Shown here: positions 55,305 to 64,000 of the stretch, piece after piece
Layout: the number at the start of each line of letters is the position of its first letter
Numbering within the stretch: position 1 is the first letter of the stretch
Assembly (NCBI GenBank): GCA_964016885.1
Contig: OZ024740.1
Span: 74,214,001-74,278,000 of the forward strand
DNA from: Eledone cirrhosa
Lineage: Eukaryota
DNA length: 64,000 nucleotides
Direction: 5' to 3'
Translations under genes and position numbers: made by a program
The notes under the pieces: model-generated
Seen by the model: only the letters and a program-made list of their open reading frames with translations
Database searches by the model: none
Told to the model about the DNA's origin: nothing

Positions 55305-56422
55305 ATCATCATCATCATCATCATCATCAACGTTTAACGTCCGTGTTCCACGCTTGCATGGGTTTGGACGGGGGTAGTCCCACTTGAGGCAAGAGTGATT
55401 GTCTTGCTCGCATAGGACTGTCTGGCAGGTTTTCTACAGTTGGATGCCCTTCCTAACACCAACCACATTTACAGTGTGGGTCTGGGAGGTTTTTACCGTG
55501 TTGCCTACACGGCCACATTACAGCGTGGACTGTGTGTTTTTTTGTCGTGACACCTACACGATCTCATTTGTTTCGGCCTGGATGGCGCGGCACCAACATA
55601 ACTTTACATAGAACGGGGTGGTGTGGATGGGGTGGGGGTGGTGGCGGGACGGGGTGTATTTTGTTAGAGATGCCTACTGGCAAGGCGGGTCTTCTCTGTT
55701 ACTGAGTACCGCCAAAGGTCTCGGTCCAGTGACATTGTCTTGGAGAGGTGTAAGTGTGTGAGGTCGGAGTTTATCAGCTCATCCCATGTTTTTCTAGGTC
55801 TGCCTATTCCGTGGCTACCGTCTATCTTTATTGCCCTGCACTTTGTTATACAGCTATCGACTTTCATGCGCATCACGTGTCCATACCAACGCAGCCTTCT
55901 CTCGAGTAAACAACATCTGATCCCTCTTATCTCTAATTTTTTCCTTAGTTCGTTTATGCTTTGCCGTTCACGTATATTACTGTTACACATCCAGCGGAGC
56001 ATGCAAGCTTCGTTCCTCTCTAGTCTGCGTATATCCTCTGCACACAATGCCCAGGTCTCACTACCATGCAACATTGCTGTTCGTATGCAGGCATCGTACA
56101 ACCTGCCTTTCATTTTTAGGGAGAACCCTTTAGCAGCTAATAGTGGTATAAGCTCTCTGAACTTTTTCCAACCAGTTCTGACTCTAGCTACAGTACTTTC
56201 AGAGCACCCTCCCCCACTGCTGATTTTATCGCCCAGGTAACGGAAGCTGTCCACTATTTCTATAGAACCCTCTGCGCAATTGAAAGAGCCAGTATTTTGT
56301 GGGCACTTGCTGCTACTTATTGCACCAGAACACCGGCCACATGTAAAATCTATGTTCTTAGTTAGCTTACCTGTGATCCCACTACATCTTTTATGCACCC
56401 ATACTTTGCATTTAGGACATAA
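55305..56422 (-). mobile_element. RTE family A 3' end
   Basis: C-terminal part of ORF 55664-56725; truncated within the PHD at a TA tract. Confidence 0.9.
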
Positions 56423-56487
56423 CATATATATATATATATACACACATATATATATATATATACACACATATATATATATATATATAT

Positions 56488-56560
<73 letters not shown>

Positions 56561-56563
56561 TAT

Positions 56564-56983
56564 ATCATCATCATCATCATCATCATCGTTTAACATCCGT
56601 GTTCCATGCTTGCATGGGTTTGGACGGGAGTTTTTCCCACTTGAGGCAAGAGTGGTTGTCTTGCTCGCATAGGACTGTCTGGCGGGTTTTCTACAGTTGG
56701 ATGCCCTTCCTAACACCAACCACATTTACAGTGTGGGGCTGGGAGGTTTTTACCGTGTTGCCTACACGGCTACATTACAGCGTGGACTGTCTGGCAGGTT
56801 TTCTACAGCTGGATGCCCTTCCTAACACCAACCACATTTACAGTGTGGGACTGGGACGTTTTTACCGTGTTGCCTACACGGTCACATTCTACAGCGTGGA
56901 CTGTGTGTTTTTTTTTTCGTGACACCTACACGATCTCATTTGTTTCGGCCTGGATTTTGTGGCACCAACATAACTTTACACAC

Positions 56984-57035
<52 letters not shown>

Positions 57036-57215
57036 CATCATCATCATCATCATCATCATCACCGTTTTACGTCCGTTCTTCCACGCTAGCATGGGTTAGA
57101 CGGGTTGTCCTGTTGTGGGCAGTGTCTGGTCGGCTGACCATGCCTTGCTCATACAGGAACTGATTTGGCTTGATTTCTACAGCTGGATGCCCTTCCTAAC
57201 ACCAACCTCATTTAC
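56564..57215 (-). mobile_element. two RTE 3'UTR-only fragments (56564-56979 and 57034-57215) of different subfamilies
   Basis: Match the UTRs at 10620-11029 and 51791-51965; separated by (TA)n. Confidence 0.85.
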
Positions 57216-57236
57216 ATATATATATATATATATATA

Positions 57237-60200
57237 CGTAAGGAGGTTGATGTTTGCTGTATCCAAGAGACCAGGTGGAGCGGGGGGTCTGCTAGATTCA
57301 TTGTGGGTAAAAAATGATGCTATAAGCTTTTCTGGGTGGGAAATGACAATGGGCTGGGTGGATAGGAATCATGTTAGCAGAAAAATGGGTGGATAAGATA
57401 ATAGACGTAAATAGAGTGAATGACAGAATAATTAAAATAAGACTTGTTCTAAATAGAACTACTGTGACGGTAATATCTGCATACGCGCCCCAACCCGGAC
57501 TGCCTGGCACTGTAAAAGACAGTTTCTATGAGACACTGATGCTCACTACCTCCCAAATAACCGACAGTGACTATATAATTATTGCTGGTGACCTAAATGG
57601 TCACGTTGGACAACATTGTGACGGCTATGATGGAATCCACGGAGGCTATGGGTTTGGTACTAGAAATGAGGAAGGCTCCAGAAACCTGGAATTTTGTGAT
57701 GCAAATAACCTAACGATCTGTAACATTAACTTCAAAAAACGAGACAATCACTTGATCAACTACAGATCAGGGGAACATACCAGCCAGGTAGATTATATCC
57801 TTACCTGAAGACGTGACAGAGTGTCTGTTGTAAACACTAAATCCCTCCCCCTTGAAGAATGCACCTCCCAACATAGACTCATAATTAGCGACCTCATAGT
57901 CAGGACGAGACGTACTCGACAGCAGAAGAGGATTATCCTCAGGAGAAAAATATGGAAGCTAAAGGACCCCACAGCCAGAAATAAATTTAAAAGCATATGA
58001 CTTGATGCTTTCGACAGTAAGGAAGAGCATTTAGAGTCGTACAATATAGAGGAACAGTGGGAATTCCTGAAAGCAAACCTGCTGATGGCGGCAGACGAAG
58101 TCTGTGGCTGGAACAGGCCTATAGGCAGGAGGAGAGTAACGTGGTGGTGGAAGAGTAAGGTGGAGGGGTCAATCAAGGCTAAAAAGCAGGCTTGGAAAGC
58201 ATGGCGGCATGGGGGAAGTAGAGAAGACTATCAAGTGGCCAGGAGGGAAGCTAGGAGACAAGTGTACTTCGCAAGAAGGGAAGCAGAGGAAAGAAAGTTC
58301 AAGCATGTTCTACAACGCGAGGACCAAAAACGTGAGGTGTTCAGGATTGCTAGGCAATGTGTCAAGGAAAACCGTGATATTGTCGGGGAGAAGTGTGTAC
58401 TTAATGATGATGGTGTACTTGCCATCACTGACGCTGATAAGAAGGTAGCTTGGAAGTGTCACTACGAAAGGCTACTAAATGAGGAGAATAAATGGGAGAA
58501 AGACAGTCTCCCCCACATCGACCCAATAGAGGGAGCAGCAGTGTTAGTCGAAGGTAGTATAATAAGTAAGGCAATCAAAGATATGAAGACGGATAAGGCG
58601 GCTGGGCCTTCGGAAATAGTTGCTGAGATGCTGAAAGCCTCTGGAACGGTGGGATACACCATGGTCACCCGGATAGTAAACCAAGTCATACAGAATGGAG
58701 TTGTTCTGAAGGACTGGCGTAGCAGCATCATCATTAACTGTTACAAGGGTAAAGGAGATGCCCTAGATAGGAGTAACTATAGAGGCATTAAATTAATCGA
58801 CCAGGTCATGAAGGTCACGGAAAAAGTAATAGCGCAACTAATCAGAGATAGAATTGATCTAGATGAAATGCAGTTCGGGTTTGTGTCAGGCAAAAGTACC
58901 ACAGACACTCTTTTCATTGTATGACAACTACAGGAGAAGTACCTAGCTAAAAGTAAACCCCTATACTTAGCTTTTGTCAACTTGGAGAAAGCCTTCAAGA
59001 AAATAAGGTGCCGGTCCCATCTGTGAAATGGCCATGCTCAGTGTGTAAGAAAGGCGTAGGTAGAAACTCCATTTTATGTCCCAAATGCAAAGTATGGGTG
59101 CATAAAAGATGTAGTGGGATCACAGGTAAGCTAACTAAGAACACAGATTTTACATGTGGCCGGTGCTCTGGTGCAATAAGTAGCAGCAAGTGCCCACAAA
59201 ATACTAACTCTTTCAATTGCTCAGAGGGTTCTATAGAAATAGTGGACAGCTTCCGTTACCTAGGTGATAAAATCAGCAGTGGGGGAGGGTGCTCTGAAAG
59301 TACAGTAGCAAGAGTCAGAACTGGATGGAAAAAGTTCAGAGAGCTTATACCACTGTTAGCCGCTAAAGGGTTCTCCCTAAAAATGAAAGGCAGGTTGTAT
59401 GATGCCTGCATACGAACAGCAATGTTGCATGGCAGTGAGACCGAGGCATTGTGTGCAGAGGATATACGCAGACTAGAGAGGAACGAAGCTTGCATGCTCC
59501 GCTGTATGTGTAATAGTAATATACGTGAATGGCAAAGCATAAACGAACTAAGGAAAAAATTAGAAATAAGAGGGATAAGATGTTGTTTACTCGAGAGAAG
59601 GCTATGTTGGTATGGTCACGTGATGCGCATGAAAGACGACAGCTGTATAACAAAGTGCAGGGCAATAAAGATAGATGGTAGCCACGGAGTAGGCAGACCC
59701 AGGAAAACCTGGGACGAGCTGATAAATTCCGACCTCACTGGACCGAGACCTTTGGCGGTACTCAGTAACAGAGAAGACCCGCCTTACCTAAATACAAAGT
59801 AAAACCTACTAGTCAGTAGGCATCTCTAACAAAATACACCCCCGTCCCACCCCATCCACACCACCCCCTTCAATGCAAAGTTATGTTGGTGCCACAACAT
59901 CCAGGCCGAAACAAACGAGATCGTGTAGGTGTCACGACAAAAAAACACACAGTCCACGCTGTAATGTGGCCGTGTAGGCAACACGGTAAAAACCTCCCAG
60001 TCCCACACTGTAAATGTGGTTGGTGTTAGGAAGGGCATCCAGCTGTAGAAAACCCGCCAGACAGTCCACGCTGTAATGTGGCCGTGTAGGCAACACGGTA
60101 AAAACCTCCCAGCCCCACACTGTAAATGTGGTTGGTGTTAGGAAGGGCATCCAGCTGTAGAAAACCCGCCAGACAGTCCTATGCGAGCAAGACAACCACT

Positions 60201-60285
60201 CTTGCCTCAAGTGGGAAAACTCCCGTCCAAACCCATGCAAGCGTGGAACAGGGACTTTAAACGATGATGATGTTGATGATGATGA
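57237..60285 (+). mobile_element. longest RTE family A copy (APE, RT, PHD, UTR), disrupted and internally deleted
   Basis: DVCCIQETRW, SAYAPQ, GDLNGH, VDYIL; ORFs 57371-57808, 58085-58924 and 59008-59802; a deletion near 58997 removes GVHQG-YADD. Confidence 0.92.
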
Positions 60286-60869
60286 TATCTACATATATAT
60301 ATATATATCTACATATATATATATATATATATCTACATATATGTATGTAGATAGATATATATATATATGTAGATAAAATAAGTATGGTATTTATAGGTCT
60401 CTTCAAGTGGTAGGAGAGGGTAGGGAGTGGGATGGGTGTAGGTCATTGATTGATAGAAAAGGGAATTCATTAAAAGCTAATTCTACAAATCTATAGTTTA
60501 TTTTTATTTTTATTTTTAGAGTAACAAAGGCAGAAAGAATTCTATAAACAGGTTCAGGATGGGGTGCCACTCCTTATTATTAAGTTTCTCTTAAGCTAAC
60601 AGGTGTCTATAAGATCAGTGGGGGTCAGTCATGGTTGATAGATTTAAAGGAAAGGGAGGTTCTTTAAAAGCTAAATTCTTTCAGGTTCTACTAAGTGACA
60701 AAGGTTTAGAGAATTCTGTAGACAATTCAAAATATTGAGTGCATATCATACAATTATCTTCAAAATTTCTCTTAAACTATTCAACTATATGCCAAGAATC
60801 AACAGACACATTCACAAACAGACCACTCACACACACCTATAAACACACACACATACACATATACAGATA

Positions 60870-61388
60870 TATCATCATCATCATCAACGTTTAATGTCCG
60901 TGTTACACGCTTGCATGGGTTTGGACGGGGGTATTCCCACTTGGGGCAAGAGTGATTGTCTTGCTCGCATAGGACTGTCTGGCAGGTTTTCTACAGTTGG
61001 ATGCCCTTCCTAACACCAACCACATTTACAGTGTGGGACTGGGAGGTTTTTACCGTGTTGCCTACACGGCCACATTACAGCGTGGACTGTGTGTTTTTTT
61101 GTCGTGACACCTACACGATCTCATTTGTTTCGGCCTGGATGTTGTGGCACCAACATAATTTTACATAGGAGGGGGGGTGGTGTGGATGGGGGGGGGGGGG
61201 GGGGGGGGGGTATTTTGTTAGAGATGCCTACTGGCTGTAGTAGGTATTACTATGTATTTAGGTAAGGCGGGTCTTCTCTATTACTGAGTACCGCCAAAGG
61301 TCTCAGTCCAGTGACATTGTCTTGGAGAGGTGTAAGTGTGTGAGGTCGGAGTTTATCAGCTCGTCCCAGGATTTTCTAGGTCTGCCTA
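60870..61388 (-). mobile_element. RTE family A 3' end
   Basis: UTR plus the last roughly 40 codons. Confidence 0.88.
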
Positions 61389-61390
61389 GA

Positions 61391-61467
<77 letters not shown>

Positions 61468-61486
61468 CACACACACATATATACAC

Positions 61487-61576
<90 letters not shown>

Positions 61577-61610
61577 ATACACATATATATACATATATAT
61601 ATATATATAT

Positions 61611-62592
61611 AATAGTGGACAGCTTCCGTTACCTGGGCGATAAAATCAGCAGTGGGGGAGGGTGCTCTGAAAGTACTGTAGCTAGAGTCAGAACTGGTTG
61701 GAAAAAGTTCAGAGAGCTTATACCACTATTAGCTGCTAAAGGGTTCTCACTAAAAATGAAAGGCAGGTTGTACGATGCCTGCATACGAACAGCAATGCTG
61801 CATGGCAGTGAGACCTGGGCATTGTGTGCAGAGGATATACGCAGACTAGAGAGGAACGAAGCTTGCATGCTCCGCTGGATGTGTAACAGTAATATACGTG
61901 AACGGCAAAGCATAAACGAACTAAGGAAAAAATTAGAGATAAGAGGGATCAGATGTTGTTTACTCGAGAGAAGGCTACGTTGGTATGGACACGTGATGCG
62001 CATGAAAGTCGATAGCTGTATAACAAAGTGCAGGGCAATAAAGATAGACAGTAGTCACGGAATAGGCAGACCTAGAAAAACCTGGGACGAGCTGATAAAC
62101 TCCAACATCACACACTTACACCTCTCCAAGACAATGTCACTGGACCGAGACCTTTGGCGGTACTCAGTAACAGAGAAGACCCGCCTTACCTAAATATATA
62201 GTAAAACCTACTCCAGCCAGTAGGCATCTCTTTACAAAATACACCCCGTCCCACCACCCCCACCCCCACCCGATCCACACCACCCCGTTCTATGTAAAGT
62301 TATGTTGGTGCCGCGCCTTCGAGGCCGAAACAAATGAGATCGTGTAGGTGTCACGACAAAAAAACACACAGTCCACGCTGTAATGTGGCCGTGTAGGCAA
62401 CACGGTAAAAACCTCCCAGACCCACACTGTAAATGTGGTTGGTGTTAGGAAGGGCATCCAACTGTAGAAAACCTGCCAGACAGTCCTATGCGAGCAAGAC
62501 AATCACTCTTGCCTCAAGTGGGACTACCCCCGTCCAAACCCATGCAAGCGTGGAACACGGACGTTAAACGTTGATGATGATGATGATGATGA
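61611..62592 (+). mobile_element. RTE family A 3' end
   Basis: ORF 61615-62193, UTR and (GAT)n. Confidence 0.9.
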
Positions 62593-62631
62593 TATATATA
62601 TATACACACACACATATACATACATACACAT

Positions 62632-62662
<31 letters not shown>

Positions 62663-62721
62663 TACATACACATACATACACATATATATACACACACACA
62701 TATATATATATATATATACAC

Positions 62722-62786
<65 letters not shown>

Positions 62787-62855
62787 TATATATACACACA
62801 CACACATACATACATACACCTACATATACACACATATATACACATACACACACAT

Positions 62856-62954
<99 letters not shown>

Positions 62955-63404
62955 TATAAAAACATATATATATATATATATATACACACATACACATACA
63001 CATACATATATACATACATATATATATATATAAATCAGGAAAGAAGGTTTACATGGTTTGCTATACAAAAAAGTTTTTCATCACATAGCTTACATTTGTT
63101 TCACTGAACTGGTATGTCTAGAGATCGCTATCCGCCTAATTTTGCGTCACTCGATCGCCAATACAGAATAATAACTAGTCAGATCTTCGGAGCATGCGAG
63201 AATGAAGAAAATACACAGGCAATCTTTCCTGATTTATTATTACTCCAAGTGTTTACAACATAGGAATTACAGCATACCCGCAGCATCACTACGAAAACGC
63301 CTTGTTGAGTCAAACCAAGCCAAGCGTTAATATCATCCACTACCTAGAATACCATAACTGGACTTCACCTAACTGGACTGCATTTAACTATTATTTGTTA
63401 ATCC

Positions 63405-63451
<47 letters not shown>

Positions 63452-63594
63452 TATACATATATATACATACATATACATATATATATATATAAACACATAT
63501 ACACACATACACATATACATACATATACATATACACACACATATACATACATATATATACATATACATACATATACATATACACACACACACAT

Positions 63595-63627
<33 letters not shown>

Positions 63628-63731
63628 CATATATACATATATACATACATACACACATACACATATATAAAATATATATATATATATACATACACATATA
63701 TATACACACAGAGAGAACCACACAAACACAT

Positions 63732-63775
<44 letters not shown>

Positions 63776-63865
63776 ACACACACACACACACCCACACACA
63801 TATATATATATAAATATATACACATACACACATACATACACACATACACACACATATATATACAT

Positions 63866-63910
<45 letters not shown>

Positions 63911-64000
63911 TATATACATATACATATATATATACATATACACACACATATATAAATATATATATATATACACAAATATATATATATACACACACATATA

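Overview
AT-rich, repeat-saturated animal genomic DNA. The SINE/LINE repertoire (tRNA-head SINEs with a Nin/Deu-like or CORE-like middle, RTE LINEs with (GAT)n tails, long (TA)n/(CA)n tracts) suggests a coleoid cephalopod, probably an octopod; this is an inference. One intact host coding exon is visible, an NKY-type (NKY-2-like, RYamide) neuropeptide precursor at 513-851. About 14 kb downstream is a diverged tandem paralog that keeps the intron end, signal peptide, 3'UTR and polyA signal but has a rewritten mature region and a frameshift after its ATG. A second copy of that paralog's intron sequence lies near 22 kb. The rest is mobile DNA: many copies of an RTE group with a PHD finger inserted inside the reverse transcriptase and ends that abut (TA)n tracts, a second RTE family with a 5' inversion, a near-full-length CR1-like LINE with a poly-Gln ORF1, Tx1- and R4-like remnants, two Penelope-like GIY-YIG elements, five degenerate hammerhead ribozymes, non-autonomous Helitrons (including a head-to-tail array and a fold-back), a mariner remnant, MITEs and several near-perfect hairpins. 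Repeat boundaries were read by eye and are approximate to tens of bases.
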